A stretch of 64,000 nucleotides of DNA, from contig DASWMK010000057.1 in NCBI GenBank assembly GCA_036399815.1, forward strand, positions 1,226 to 65,225, given 5' to 3'. The notes below the pieces were generated by a model, which was given only the letters and a program-made list of their open reading frames with translations, had not been told where the DNA came from and made no database searches. The position numbers and the translations under genes are program-made. Each line of letters starts with the position of its first letter. Position 1 is the stretch's first letter. Source of the DNA: Acidimicrobiales bacterium. Its GTDB lineage: Bacteria > Actinomycetota > Acidimicrobiia > Acidimicrobiales > DASWMK01. This document shows, piece by piece, positions 18,591-28,157 of this stretch.

Positions 18591-19601
18591 TTAACCCTGT
18601 GGAGAACCGTCGGCCTGCACCGGAGTCTCGACCCAGCGGGTGAGAGCACGGGCCAAGGCCTCGACCACCGCTGCAGACCGGGCCACGACCAGGGCAGGAG
18701 GGCCGAGCTCGCACCAGGTGGCCGGCATCCGGGTCTCACGCAGCACTGGAAGGCGCATCCCGGTCGGCGCTGCCGGGCCGGCGTCGAGCACCGGCGCGAC
18801 CTCTTCGCAGAGGAGCTCGGCCAGGCGGCGCCCGCCGGTCGACTCGAACCCTCGAGCGGCGTAGAAGGCGACCGAGCACCCCGGCCCGCCGGCGGTCAGG
18901 CCGACGTAGGCGTCGGCGGCGAACTCGTTCGCCTCCCTGGCGTGGGCCGACTGGTCGGGGTGGTGGACGGTGAGGACGGTCGCCCCGACGTCGTGGAGGG
19001 CCCGTGCGACCGCGTCGGCCAGGGCCGCCACCCCGCCGGTCTCGCCGACGGCGACCCGCCGCTCGGCCAGCCGCTTCGGGGCCTGGCGCAGGGTCTCCCG
19101 CTCGCGCACGACGGCCACGTGCGCCGGGGACCCGACCTTGGCGCCCAGCCGCACCAGGGTGTGGACGCTGTCGGGCCCGCAGATCCCGTCGGCGCCGAGG
19201 CCGGCGTTCTTCTGGAAGTCGGTGACGGCGGCCGCCGTGCGGGGCCCGAAGATCCCGTCGACCCGGCCGGCGTCGAAGCCAAGCGCGCCGAGCCGCAGCT
19301 GGAGGTCGTGCACGTCCTCGCCCCGCAGCATGGGGGAGCGCAGGTAGAGCAGGCGATCGCCGAGCCGGTACCCGGCCTCGACGAGCGCGGCCCAGGTCTG
19401 GCGGCCGCAGATGCCGTCGACCCGGAGGCCGCGGCTCTGCTGGAAGGCCCGGACGGCGGCCTCGGTGGTGGCCCCGAACGCGCCCGGCTCGTCGTCCGCG
19501 TCGAAGCCGAGGGCGACGAGCCGGTGCTGGAGGTCCTTCACCGCTTCCGGCGGGCTCTGCGATCCGAGGGGGAGGCCGTCGTCGACAGGCACGACCGCCA
19601 T
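18591..19601 (-). CDS. cwlM: CwlM-like protein: two PG_binding_1 domains plus amidase_3-like domain with degenerate zinc ligands
   Basis: Two repeats of the LQxRLxALGFDxG..DGIFGPxT pattern. In the C-terminal domain, VAVGETGG replaces the usual DPGHGG and YVGLTAG replaces the SxHxN motif. It sits next to trxA-trxB, as cwlM (Rv3915) does in M. tuberculosis. Confidence 0.75.
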   Translation of the reverse strand: MAVVPVDDGLPLGSQSPPEAVKDLQHRLVALGFDADDEPGAFGATTEAAVRAFQQSRGLRVDGICGRQTWAALVEAGYRLGDRLLYLRSPMLRGEDVHDLQLRLGALGFDAGRVDGIFGPRTAAAVTDFQKNAGLGADGICGPDSVHTLVRLGAKVGSPAHVAVVRERETLRQAPKRLAERRVAVGETGGVAALADAVARALHDVGATVLTVHHPDQSAHAREANEFAADAYVGLTAGGPGCSVAFYAARGFESTGGRRLAELLCEEVAPVLDAGPAAPTGMRLPVLRETRMPATWCELGPPALVVARSAAVVEALARALTRWVETPVQADGSPQG

Positions 19602-19643
19602 TCTTCCCCGCCCGGGCCGGCCGGAGCGCCGGCGATCAGTCGA

Positions 19644-19970
19644 TCAGACGAACTCGGAGAGCTCCTGGAGCAGCTGGGCCTTGCCCTTGGCGCCGACCAG
19701 GCGCTTCACCGGCTCGCCCTCCTTGAAGACGATGAGCGTCGGGATGCTCATCACGCCGTAGCGGCGGGCCAGGTCGGGGTGCTCGTCGATGTTCAGCTTC
19801 GCCACCCGCAGCTTGCCGGCCTGCTCGGCGGCGATGTCCTCGAGGATCGGGGCGATCATCTTGCACGGCCCGCACCACTCGGCCCAGAAGTCGACGACGA
19901 CCGGCTCGGTCGCGGCCTTCAGCTCCTCGTCGAAGCTGCCGGCGGTGAGGGTGGCGATGTCGGTGGCCAT
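19644..19970 (-). CDS. trxA: thioredoxin
   Basis: 108 aa with the WAEWCGPCK active site. Confidence 0.96.
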   Translation of the reverse strand: MATDIATLTAGSFDEELKAATEPVVVDFWAEWCGPCKMIAPILEDIAAEQAGKLRVAKLNIDEHPDLARRYGVMSIPTLIVFKEGEPVKRLVGAKGKAQLLQELSEFV

Positions 19971-20034
19971 TGCGTGGTTCCTCTCCTCGGGTGCTCACGA
20001 CGGCCAACACGGCGGCGCCGCGGCGAATTCCGCG

Positions 20035-21021
20035 CTACCAGGTCGTCTCGGTGGCCATCTCGTGCTCGCCGTGCGCCTCCAGCCAGCGCTCGAGGTCGAT
20101 GGCCGCCATGCAGCCGGTGCCGGCGGCGGTGATGGCCTGGCGGTAGGTGTGGTCGGCGACGTCGCCCGCCGCGAACACCCCGGGGACGTTCGTGGCCGTG
20201 CCCGGGCCGACCACCAGGTAGCCGGCGTCGTCCATGTCGAGCTGGCCGGCGAACAGCGCCGTGTTCGGGGCGTGGCCGATGGCGACGAACACGCCGCCGG
20301 CGGCCAGGTCGTGCTCCTCGGCGGTCTTCACGTTGCGGAGCCGGACCCCCTCGACGGTCGTGTCGCCGAGGATGTCGAGGACCACCGAGTCCCAGACGAA
20401 GCGGATCTTGTCGTTCTTGAACGCCCGCTCCTGCATGATCTTCGACGCCCGCAGCTCCGAACGTCGGTGCACGACGGTCACCTCGGAGGCGAACTTCGTC
20501 AGGAAGAGGGCCTCCTCCAGGGCCGAGTCGCCGCCGCCGACGACGACGATGGGGCGGTCCCGGAAGAAGAAGCCGTCGCAGGTGGCGCACGTCGACACGC
20601 CGTAGCCGAGCAGCCGGCGCTCGTTCTCCAGGCCGAGCATGAGTGACCGCGCCCCAGTCGACACGATCACACTCTTCGCGGTGTACGTCGGTTCTGCGGC
20701 ATCCGGGTCGCCGACCCAGACCTTGAACGGCCGGGACGACAGGTCGACGCGGGACACCCGCTCGGTGCGGATGTCGGCGCCGAAGCGCATGGCCTGCTCC
20801 CGGAAGCGGAGCATGAGCTCGGGGCCCATGATCCCCTCTGGGAAGCCGGGGAAGTTCTCGACCTCGGTGGTCAGCATGAGCTGGCCCCCGGGCTGGTCGC
20901 TCGTCGACGACGGCTCGCCCTCGAGGACGAGGGGCGACAGGTTGGCCCTGGCCGTGTACACGGCGGCGGTGAGGCCGGCCGGGCCGGAGCCGATGATGAT
21001 GACGTTCCGCAGGTCGTTCAC
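20035..21021 (-). CDS. trxB: thioredoxin-disulfide reductase
   Basis: 328 aa. FAD motif IIGSGPAG, redox-active CATCDG, and NADPH motif VVGGGDSA. Confidence 0.96.
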   Translation of the reverse strand: MNDLRNVIIIGSGPAGLTAAVYTARANLSPLVLEGEPSSTSDQPGGQLMLTTEVENFPGFPEGIMGPELMLRFREQAMRFGADIRTERVSRVDLSSRPFKVWVGDPDAAEPTYTAKSVIVSTGARSLMLGLENERRLLGYGVSTCATCDGFFFRDRPIVVVGGGDSALEEALFLTKFASEVTVVHRRSELRASKIMQERAFKNDKIRFVWDSVVLDILGDTTVEGVRLRNVKTAEEHDLAAGGVFVAIGHAPNTALFAGQLDMDDAGYLVVGPGTATNVPGVFAAGDVADHTYRQAITAAGTGCMAAIDLERWLEAHGEHEMATETTW

Positions 21022-21085
21022 GGGTGGTGCTCCCTCGCTGGGTGGCGACCGCGCCGAACGTGCGGGCGGCCGGCCGGATTCCCGG

Positions 21086-21427
21086 TCAGGCTGCGGCCGG
21101 CGCCCGGCGCTTCCGCCACAGCAGCAGCCCGGCCAAGGTGAGCACGGCGCCGACGATCAGGTGGGCGGACCACACCTCGCCCGGCACCAGCACGTCGACC
21201 AGCCGGACGAGCGCGGCGACGAGGAGCACGAAGGCGACGATGCCGGCGATGGCGGCGAGCAGCCCGTAGACGATGCCGCGCGCCACGGTGATGGCCGGGC
21301 CGGTCGTGCGGTCGCGCACCTGGCCGACGACGCGGACGACCGTGTCGGCGGCCTGGGCCGGCCAGTCGTCGGGGATCGACAGCCGCGTCGACGAGCCGTC
21401 CTCGGGGGCCCCAGCCGGGTGCGCCAT
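21086..21427 (-). CDS. hypothetical membrane protein (2 TM)
   Basis: The track ORF extends to 21508. I prefer ATG 21427 ([11 protein letters not shown]...). Two hydrophobic helices; no recognised family. Confidence 0.45.
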   Translation of the reverse strand: MAHPAGAPEDGSSTRLSIPDDWPAQAADTVVRVVGQVRDRTTGPAITVARGIVYGLLAAIAGIVAFVLLVAALVRLVDVLVPGEVWSAHLIVGAVLTLAGLLLWRKRRAPAAA

Positions 21428-21468
21428 GGCCGGAGCGTAGTCCGGGGCGGCTCCGCCTAAACCTGGCG

Positions 21469-22305
21469 TCAGGGCGCGAGGGGGACGGGGCCAGCGAGGA
21501 CGGCGCACGCCCCGGCGTCGACGGCGACGACCAGCCGCCGGCCGTCGTCGGTGTCGAAGACCTGCACGACCACCGGCGTCCCCCGGTACGTCGCCGTGGC
21601 CGTGCCGCTGCGCGTCCCGTCGACGCCGACGTCCTCCGGGGTGAGCTCGTCGCAGGCGGTGAGCATGGCGGCCGACTCGTCGCCGCCGCCGTCCCCGGCC
21701 TCGGTGGTCGCGCCGGGCGCAGAGTGCGACGCCACGGAGGGCGCCGGCAGGGCGTCGCGCGTGACGGCGGCCAGCTCCTCGGTCGACGACACCTCGCCCA
21801 GGTCGGGGATGGCGTCCGCCCCCGCGGCGGCGCCGGCCCCGGCCGTGTCGAGGTCCTGGGTGGCCTCCGCGGCGCCGCCCCCGGCCCGGTCCTCGGCCAC
21901 CGGCCCGCTGGCTGCGGTGCCGGCGTCCTCGTCGGGGTCGGCTGCGCCCCGCAGCAGCGGGACGGCGAGGGCCAACACCACGAGGACGGCCGCGGCCGAC
22001 AGGATGGCGGTGGACCAGCGCCGGCGGCGGGCGACGTCGACGACCGGGGCGACGGCACCGTCCCCGGTGGCGCCCGATGCGGCGGCGGCCATCGCCACGG
22101 CCACGGCCTTCGACCTGACGGCGGCGGGCGGGGGCGTCACGGGGGCGGCGACGGCGGCCGCCGCCCGGGCCAGCGCGTCCAGCCGGTCCCTCGCCGCGCC
22201 GTCGGCCGCCAGGCGCGCCTCGACGGCCGTCGCCTCGTCGGGCGCCAGCTCGCCGTCCAGGTAGGCGGACAGCTGCTCGTCGGTGGGGGAGCCGGGTTCG
22301 GTCAT
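21469..22305 (-). CDS. anti-sigma factor (single-pass membrane)
   Basis: Own start at ATG 22305: MTEPGSPTDEQLSAYLDGELAPDEATAVEARL..., a typical anti-sigma N-terminus. One TM segment (WSTAILSAAAVLVVLALAV) and an extracytoplasmic domain. It overlaps the sigma-factor stop by 4 nt. Confidence 0.65.
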   Translation of the reverse strand: MTEPGSPTDEQLSAYLDGELAPDEATAVEARLAADGAARDRLDALARAAAAVAAPVTPPPAAVRSKAVAVAMAAAASGATGDGAVAPVVDVARRRRWSTAILSAAAVLVVLALAVPLLRGAADPDEDAGTAASGPVAEDRAGGGAAEATQDLDTAGAGAAAGADAIPDLGEVSSTEELAAVTRDALPAPSVASHSAPGATTEAGDGGGDESAAMLTACDELTPEDVGVDGTRSGTATATYRGTPVVVQVFDTDDGRRLVVAVDAGACAVLAGPVPLAP

Positions 22306-22847
22306 CTCGCGGGGGTTGGACGAGGCGAGCCGGGGCCCGGGTTCCCGGCCAGGCGATCGGCCAGCGCCGCCCGGCCCCTGGCGATCCGGGAGCGGACGGT
22401 ACCGGGAGGGATGTCGAGCACCTCGGCGATCTCGGCGTAGTCGAGCCCGCACAGGTCGCGGAGCACGACCGCGGCCCGGAACTCGGGGGCCAGGCCGGCG
22501 AGCGCGGCGTCGACGTCGACCTTGGCCACGGCGGCGTCGTCGACCCCGCCGGCCACCGCCTCCTCCCCGGGGCGGTCCTCGGGCAGGCCGGGGTCGGGCC
22601 GGCGCCGACGGCGGCGGACCTCGTCGAGGGCGGCGTTGGTCGCCACCCGGTAGCACCACGTGGAGAACGCCGACCGGCCGTCGAAGCGGGGGAGGCCGCG
22701 GACGATGGCGATCAGCGCCTCCTGGGCGGCGTCGAGCGCGTCGGCGTCGTTCCCGGTGAGCCGCCGGCACACGGCGTGGACCCGGTCGTAGTGGCGGCGC
22801 AGCAGCGCGTCGAGGGCCGCCCGGTCGCCGTCCCGGGCCGCGTCCAC
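22302..22847 (-). CDS. ECF-type RNA polymerase sigma factor (SigM-like position)
   Basis: Region 2 (DALDAAQEALIAIVRGLPRFDGRSAFSTWCYRVATNAALDEVRRR) and region 4 (LRDLCGLDYAEIAEVLDIPPGTVRSRIARGR). The track ORF (to 23237) overlaps the kinase in a junk frame. The first plausible start is GTG 22847 (VDAARDGDRAAL...). The exact start is uncertain. Confidence 0.8.
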   Translation of the reverse strand: MDAARDGDRAALDALLRRHYDRVHAVCRRLTGNDADALDAAQEALIAIVRGLPRFDGRSAFSTWCYRVATNAALDEVRRRRRRPDPGLPEDRPGEEAVAGGVDDAAVAKVDVDAALAGLAPEFRAAVVLRDLCGLDYAEIAEVLDIPPGTVRSRIARGRAALADRLAGNPGPGSPRPTPAR

Positions 22848-22903
22848 CAGGGTGCGGTCGTCCGCCTCGGGCGTGATCGGCGGAGCGTAGCGGCGGGCCG
22901 CGC

Positions 22904-24454
22904 TCAGCCCAGGGACAGCTCGTCGAGGATGACGCGGTAGCGGCCGTCGCTGCCCAGCTCGCCCGGGTCGGTGACCCAGAGCAGCAGGTAGGAGCCCTCG
23001 GCCTCGCCGAGGTCGAACTCGGCGGTGTCGCCCAGGGCGTCGCGGGCGGCCACCGGCTGGCCCCAGTCCTCGAGGGTCGTGCCGGGCTGCTCGGCCACGT
23101 AGACCGACGCCGCCCACCCGGTGCTCTGGGCCACCACCCGCAAGGTGCCGGCCCGCCCGGCCCGGTCGAGGCGGAGGACGAGCCCGACCCCCGGCTTCCC
23201 GGCGAGCGTCCGCTGCTCGTAGCCCTCCGAGGTCCACGCCGTCGACGGGTCGCCGTCGAGCAGCCGGCCCACGTCCTCGTCGTTCTCGCGACCGTCACCC
23301 GGCGGCGGGTCGAGGATCGTCACCTCGACGATGGCCGACGGCGGCGGCTGGGTGCCGGGGCCGGGATCGACGCCGACCGCGTCTCTGGCCCGCCCGAACA
23401 GGTCCTGGCCGGTGCCGGTCCTCGACAGCAGCACCCCGGCGACGCCGAGGCCCACGGCCAGCAGGACGACGAGGACGACCGGCACCAGCCAGCGCCGCTC
23501 GGTCTGGCGGAACGACGGCGCGCCGGTCGGCGGCGTGTGGGGCTCGGGCGCCGTCCAGGCCGTGAGGTCGCCGTCCCGGCCCGGGTCGGCGGCCAGCAGC
23601 GCGGCCCGGAAGTCGCCGGCGGTGGCGTAGCGGGCCTGGGCCTCGCGGGCCATGGCCCGCAGCACCACGGCCTCCAGCCGCCTGGGCACCCCGGCCCGCA
23701 CCGACCGGGGAGGCAGCGGGTCGCGGTGCAGCCGGGCCAGGGCCGTCGCCACCTCGCTGTCGGCCTCGAACGGGGCCCGGCCGGTCAGCACCTCGTAGAG
23801 GACGACGCCGAGCGAGTACACGTCGCTGCGGGGGGTGACCGGCTCGCCGCCGACCTGCTCGGGCGAGAGGTACTTGGCCGTCCCGAGCATGGCGCCGGTC
23901 TCGGTGAGGTCGCCGATGTCGACCGCCTTGGCGATGCCGAAGTCGCCGACCATCACCCGGCCGTCCTCGGACAGCAGGATGTTGGCCGGCTTGACGTCGC
24001 GGTGCACGACCCCCCGGCGGTGGGCGACCTCCAGCGCGTCGGCCACCTGCCCGATCACGTCGATGGCGTCCGACGGCGCCAGCGGGCCCGACCGGTCGAG
24101 GCGGTCGCGCAGGGTCGCCCCCCGCACCAGCTCCATGACGATGGCCTCGACGCCGTCGTCGGAGCAGGTGTCGAAGATCGACACGATCGACGGGTGCGAC
24201 AGCCGGGCGGCGGCGATGGCCTCGGCCCTGAACCGCTCGACGAAGGACCGGTCGGCGGCCAGGTGGGCGTGGAGGATCTTCACCGCCACCGGCCGGGCGA
24301 GGACCTCGTCGACCCCCTCCCACACCTGGGCCATGCCGCCGGTGGCGAGGCGGCGGACCAACCGGTAGCGGCCGACGATCAGGCGGTCGGTGAGGTCCTG
24401 CGACGGCAGGGGAGCGGGGCTGGCCACGCGGCGGCCACCGTACCCCCGGCCCAC
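22904..24454 (-). CDS. Ser/Thr protein kinase with one TM and discoidin/F5-8-type-C-like extracellular domain
   Basis: Intact catalytic motifs: GGMAQVW, VAVKIL, HRDVKPANIL, DFGIA. TM segment WLVPVVLVVLLAVGLGVAGVLL. C-terminal ectodomain reads ...LLDGDPSTAWTSEGY...YLLLWVTD... Confidence 0.9.
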   Translation of the reverse strand: MGRGYGGRRVASPAPLPSQDLTDRLIVGRYRLVRRLATGGMAQVWEGVDEVLARPVAVKILHAHLAADRSFVERFRAEAIAAARLSHPSIVSIFDTCSDDGVEAIVMELVRGATLRDRLDRSGPLAPSDAIDVIGQVADALEVAHRRGVVHRDVKPANILLSEDGRVMVGDFGIAKAVDIGDLTETGAMLGTAKYLSPEQVGGEPVTPRSDVYSLGVVLYEVLTGRAPFEADSEVATALARLHRDPLPPRSVRAGVPRRLEAVVLRAMAREAQARYATAGDFRAALLAADPGRDGDLTAWTAPEPHTPPTGAPSFRQTERRWLVPVVLVVLLAVGLGVAGVLLSRTGTGQDLFGRARDAVGVDPGPGTQPPPSAIVEVTILDPPPGDGRENDEDVGRLLDGDPSTAWTSEGYEQRTLAGKPGVGLVLRLDRAGRAGTLRVVAQSTGWAASVYVAEQPGTTLEDWGQPVAARDALGDTAEFDLGEAEGSYLLLWVTDPGELGSDGRYRVILDELSLG

Positions 24455-24467
24455 CCGCCGGAGCCGT

Positions 24468-25316
24468 TCACTCCTGGGCGCCGTCCCGGACCTGGAACAC
24501 GACCCCCATGGCCCCCCGGCCGGCGTGGGTGCCGATGACCGGGCCGATCTCGCCGACCACCACCTCGCCGTCGTAGAGCGGGCCGAGGCGGGCGACGAAG
24601 TCGTCCACGTCGTCGGCGTCGGCGTGCATGACGGCCAGGTTCTCGACCCGGCCCTGCTGGCGCACCTTGTCCACGAGGTAGGCGAGCGCCTTGGTCCTCG
24701 TGCGCTGGCGGGACTCGGGCTCGACCTTGCCGTCGCGCACCTCGATCACCGGCTTGATCGACAGCAGCGACCCGAGCGCGGCCTGGGCGCCGCCGATGCG
24801 GCCGCCCTTCTTGAGGTTGTCGAGCGTGTCGAGGGCGCCGTAGACGCGGGTGCGGGCGACGAGGTCCTCGACGGCGGTGGCCACCGTGTCGAGGTCGCGC
24901 CCGTCGGCGGCCAGGCGGGCGGCGGTCACGGCCATCATCCCGAGGCCCATGGTCACCGAGCGGGAGTCGACCACCCGCACGGCGAGGTCGCCGGCCACGG
25001 CCTTGGCCGCCACCTCGGCGGCCTGGATGGTCGCCGACAGCGCACCCGACAGCGCGACGCACACGATGCCGTCGGCGCCCTGGTCGGCGAGGCGCCGGTA
25101 GGCGGCCTCGAACTCGCCGGGCGGCGGGGCGGCCGTCTCCGGGAGGACGGCCGAGCGGGCGCACCTGGCCCAGAACTCCTTGGTCGACAGCTCCCGCCGG
25201 TCGACCAGCTCCTCCTCGCCGAACCGCACGCTCAGCGGCACGATCTCGATGCCCAGCTGGTCCGCCAGCTCCTGGGGCAGGTCGCACGAGCTGTCGGTCA
25301 CGATGCGCACGGGCAT
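24468..25316 (-). CDS. DegV family fatty-acid-binding protein
   Basis: 282 aa. Contains VRIVTDSSCDLP..., SGALSATIQAA and NLKKGGRIG, typical DegV motifs. Confidence 0.9.
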   Translation of the reverse strand: MPVRIVTDSSCDLPQELADQLGIEIVPLSVRFGEEELVDRRELSTKEFWARCARSAVLPETAAPPPGEFEAAYRRLADQGADGIVCVALSGALSATIQAAEVAAKAVAGDLAVRVVDSRSVTMGLGMMAVTAARLAADGRDLDTVATAVEDLVARTRVYGALDTLDNLKKGGRIGGAQAALGSLLSIKPVIEVRDGKVEPESRQRTRTKALAYLVDKVRQQGRVENLAVMHADADDVDDFVARLGPLYDGEVVVGEIGPVIGTHAGRGAMGVVFQVRDGAQE

Positions 25317-25328
25317 GGACCGCGGAGG

Positions 25329-27329
25329 TTAGTCCTGGCCCGGCGCGGCGGCCCCCACGAGGCGGCGCCGCCGGCGGGTGCCGCGCCAGTGCCGCGCCCA
25401 CCACGCCAGCAGGAACACGAGCGCCCCGGCCGACAGCACGATGCCGACCCCCGACACGGCCGTCGACCGCACCGTCAGCCGGGTCGTGCCCAGCTGGAGC
25501 AGGCCGTCCGGGGAGGTCAGGCGCACTTCGACCCGGCTGGTGCCCGAGGTCCTGGCCTCGACGACGACCTCGAGGCGGGTCGTCCCCTCGGCCAGCTCCA
25601 GCGGGAACGACTCGCCCTCGGGGAAGGCCAGCTTGTTGTCGCTGTCGAGCTGGACGGTGACGTCGACGGGGTAGCCCGCGTCGTTGCGGAACGTCAGCGG
25701 CAGCCGCCCCCGGCGGGCGGTGATCGTGATCGAGCGGTTGCCGGGCACCTGGACGGCGCCGGTCTCCCGGTCGATGGCGGCGACCACGGCGTCGACGTAG
25801 TCGTCGCGCTGCTCGGGGGTGAGCGCCTCGGACCCCGACACGAGGAGGCGGCGCTCGAGCTCGTCGAAGCGGGGGTTGACCGGCCCGATCATCGACCGGT
25901 AGCCGACGAGCGCGAGGCGGGTGAGGCGGAGGCGGTCGGCGTACCCGGCGAGCGACGGCGCCGGCGCGGCGGGGAGGAGGTCCCTGGTCAGCCGTTCGCC
26001 GGACGCGTCGACGGCCGGGGCGACGTCGCGGAACAGCTCGTCGACGTCGACCGGGCGGACCACCGAGGCGGGCGAGGCCAGGCCGGCGAGCAGCGCGTCG
26101 AGGAAGGCGGCGTCGGGCGCCCAGGTGTCGGGGGCCACGACGGCCACGCCCCTGACCGTGCCCGGCGAGTCGAAGAAGAGGACGGCGAGGTCGGCGAGGA
26201 GGCGGTGGGCGTTGAGGACCGGGTCGGCGGTGGCCGTGAAGTGGGCGGCCAGGCCGGCGTCGGCGGCGACGGCCGCCTGGGCCCGGTCGGTCTCGCCCCT
26301 CACCGTGAACGGCGAGGTCAGGGTGCGGTTGAACACGGTCTCGTCGAGGGGCTGGAGGGTCGCCTCGGGCAGCACCACCTGATCGACGCCGAGGTCCCGG
26401 AGCTGGGCCAGCGCGGCCGGCGTGGTCGTCGGCCCGGCGATCCAGGTCCTGGCGTCGGGGCGCACCGACAGCTGGTCGGCGATCACGTCGGTGCCCCTGG
26501 TCAGCTCGGCGCCGGCCTCGGGCCCGAGCCCGGCGGCCACCCAGGCGGGCAGGTCGAGGTCGACGTACGGGCGCCCGAGCACCTGGCGGTCGTCGACGGC
26601 CGAGCGCAGGGCGTCGAGCACGCCGACCTGGGCGTCGGTGCCGCCGGCCAGGGCGTCGACGGTCTCGGGCGTCGGCGCCAGGGTGAGGGCGACGTCGGGG
26701 TGGGTGTCGAGGGCGTCGGCCAGGACGCCGAGGGCGGCCTCGGCGTCCGGCGACACCTCGGTGCCGCCCTCGGGGGTGAGGCTCGGCGGGGCGCGGAAGG
26801 GGAGCACGAGGGCGGCCAGCAGGTCGGGCGACTCGTCGTCGCCGCCGGGCACGACCACCAGGTGGGTGACGACCCGGGTGAGGGACTCGGCCGAGGCCGG
26901 GGTGCGCAGGTCGAGGGTGACGGGGTGGACGCCGCCACCCGTGCCGAGGTCGAGGCCGCCGGCGCCGAGGTCCACCGCCACCTCGGCGGTGCCGTTCCCG
27001 TCGGGGTCGGCCTCGTCCCACGCCCGGGCCACGACGGCCACCGGCGAGCCCAGCTGCTCGCCGTCCAGGGTCGCCGCGAACGTGGACCTGAACGTCACCC
27101 TCCCGTAGACCGTCAGCGCCAGCTCGACCTCGCCCGTGTCGGCCGGCAGCCCGTCGGCGCTCACCCTGGCCCGGAACTCGCCGTCGGGCCGGGACCAGGC
27201 GGTCTGCTCGACGAGCGCCAGCCGGGGCGCGCCGCCCTCCTGGGCGCCCGCCGGCACGGGCGCCGGCAGCACGGCCACGGCGGCGGCCAGGGCCGCGGCG
27301 ACGACCGCCGCCGCCCGCCGGGCGCTCAC
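25329..27329 (-). CDS. large secreted/C-terminally anchored conserved hypothetical protein (Rv3909-like, DUF6049-type by recollection)
   Basis: The track ORF extends to 27494. I prefer GTG 27329 (VSARRAAAVVAAALAAAVAVLPAPVPAGAQ, a signal peptide), which overlaps the GNAT TGA as GTGA. There is a C-terminal TM anchor followed by a basic tail. The family name is from memory. Confidence 0.6.
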   Translation of the reverse strand: MSARRAAAVVAAALAAAVAVLPAPVPAGAQEGGAPRLALVEQTAWSRPDGEFRARVSADGLPADTGEVELALTVYGRVTFRSTFAATLDGEQLGSPVAVVARAWDEADPDGNGTAEVAVDLGAGGLDLGTGGGVHPVTLDLRTPASAESLTRVVTHLVVVPGGDDESPDLLAALVLPFRAPPSLTPEGGTEVSPDAEAALGVLADALDTHPDVALTLAPTPETVDALAGGTDAQVGVLDALRSAVDDRQVLGRPYVDLDLPAWVAAGLGPEAGAELTRGTDVIADQLSVRPDARTWIAGPTTTPAALAQLRDLGVDQVVLPEATLQPLDETVFNRTLTSPFTVRGETDRAQAAVAADAGLAAHFTATADPVLNAHRLLADLAVLFFDSPGTVRGVAVVAPDTWAPDAAFLDALLAGLASPASVVRPVDVDELFRDVAPAVDASGERLTRDLLPAAPAPSLAGYADRLRLTRLALVGYRSMIGPVNPRFDELERRLLVSGSEALTPEQRDDYVDAVVAAIDRETGAVQVPGNRSITITARRGRLPLTFRNDAGYPVDVTVQLDSDNKLAFPEGESFPLELAEGTTRLEVVVEARTSGTSRVEVRLTSPDGLLQLGTTRLTVRSTAVSGVGIVLSAGALVFLLAWWARHWRGTRRRRRLVGAAAPGQD

Positions 27330-28066
27330 GGCGGCGGGAGGCGGCGCTCGGCCGACGGGTCGAGCACCGTCCACAGCACGGCCAGCCCGCCGGGCTGGAG
27401 GCGGAACCCGAGGCGCAGGTAGAGGCGCAGGGCGGCCTCGTTCTGCTCCTGGGTGTTGACGACGGCCCGCTCCCCGCCGTGCCGGCGCATCCACCGCAGC
27501 CCGTCGACCACGAGGGCGGCGCCGATGCCCCGGCCGTGGTGGTCGGGGTGCACGGCCAGGCGCTGGAGGTACCCCCTGGCGCCGGCCCGGCCCGAGACGG
27601 CGTACCCGACGAGGGTCGGGTCGACGGCCACCCGGAGCCGGCTGGCCGGGGTGGCCGAGATCGCCTCCTGGAGGCCGGGGCCGTCGAGGCGCCAGAACGG
27701 CGGGAAGGCCAGCTGGTCGACGGCGAGGACGGCCCGCCGGTCGGTCCGGTGGCCCCGGCGGAGGCGGACCTCGGCCGGCACCTCGGGCTCGTCGGGCAGG
27801 TCGGACAGGTCCCGCGCCAGCAGGTGGAGCCGCTCCCGCACCGTGAAGCCGGCGGCGAGGAACCCGGCCTGCTCGGGCGGGGTCAGCGCGGCGGTGACGA
27901 CCTCGACCACCCCGTGGCCGGCCAGGCGGGCGAGGCAGCGCCGGACGGCGGCCGTCGGCACGGCGGCGTCGGCCTGCGGCGCCAGGTACCCGACGCTGGG
28001 GTCGCTGCGCCAGCGGCTGACCCGCAGCCGCTCCTCGGTCCAGGACCGGGTGTCCAGCCGGCTCAC
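27326..28066 (-). CDS. GNAT family N-acetyltransferase
   Basis: Acetyl-CoA motif QRLAVHPDHHGRGIGAALV followed by NEAALRLYLRLGF. The longest ORF starts at 28177 but would overlap the divergent deacetylase start, so GTG 28066 is preferred. The start is uncertain. Confidence 0.75.
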   Translation of the reverse strand: MSRLDTRSWTEERLRVSRWRSDPSVGYLAPQADAAVPTAAVRRCLARLAGHGVVEVVTAALTPPEQAGFLAAGFTVRERLHLLARDLSDLPDEPEVPAEVRLRRGHRTDRRAVLAVDQLAFPPFWRLDGPGLQEAISATPASRLRVAVDPTLVGYAVSGRAGARGYLQRLAVHPDHHGRGIGAALVVDGLRWMRRHGGERAVVNTQEQNEAALRLYLRLGFRLQPGGLAVLWTVLDPSAERRLPPP

Positions 28067-28157
28067 CGGGGACGGGCGGGGAGACTGGTCATCCTCGGGC
28101 CGAGGATACGGCCGCCCGCCGGTCGGGCCGGGGCACGCGGCGGTAGCCTCCGTCGCG

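Noticed and set aside
18574-18606. Imperfect inverted repeat TTCTCC..CCAC...GTGG..GGAGAA between convergent parB and cwlM, considered as a bidirectional terminator.
   Set aside because: The stem is interrupted (6 bp, a bulge, then 3 bp), overlaps the cwlM stop codon and has no U-tract. This is too weak to call.
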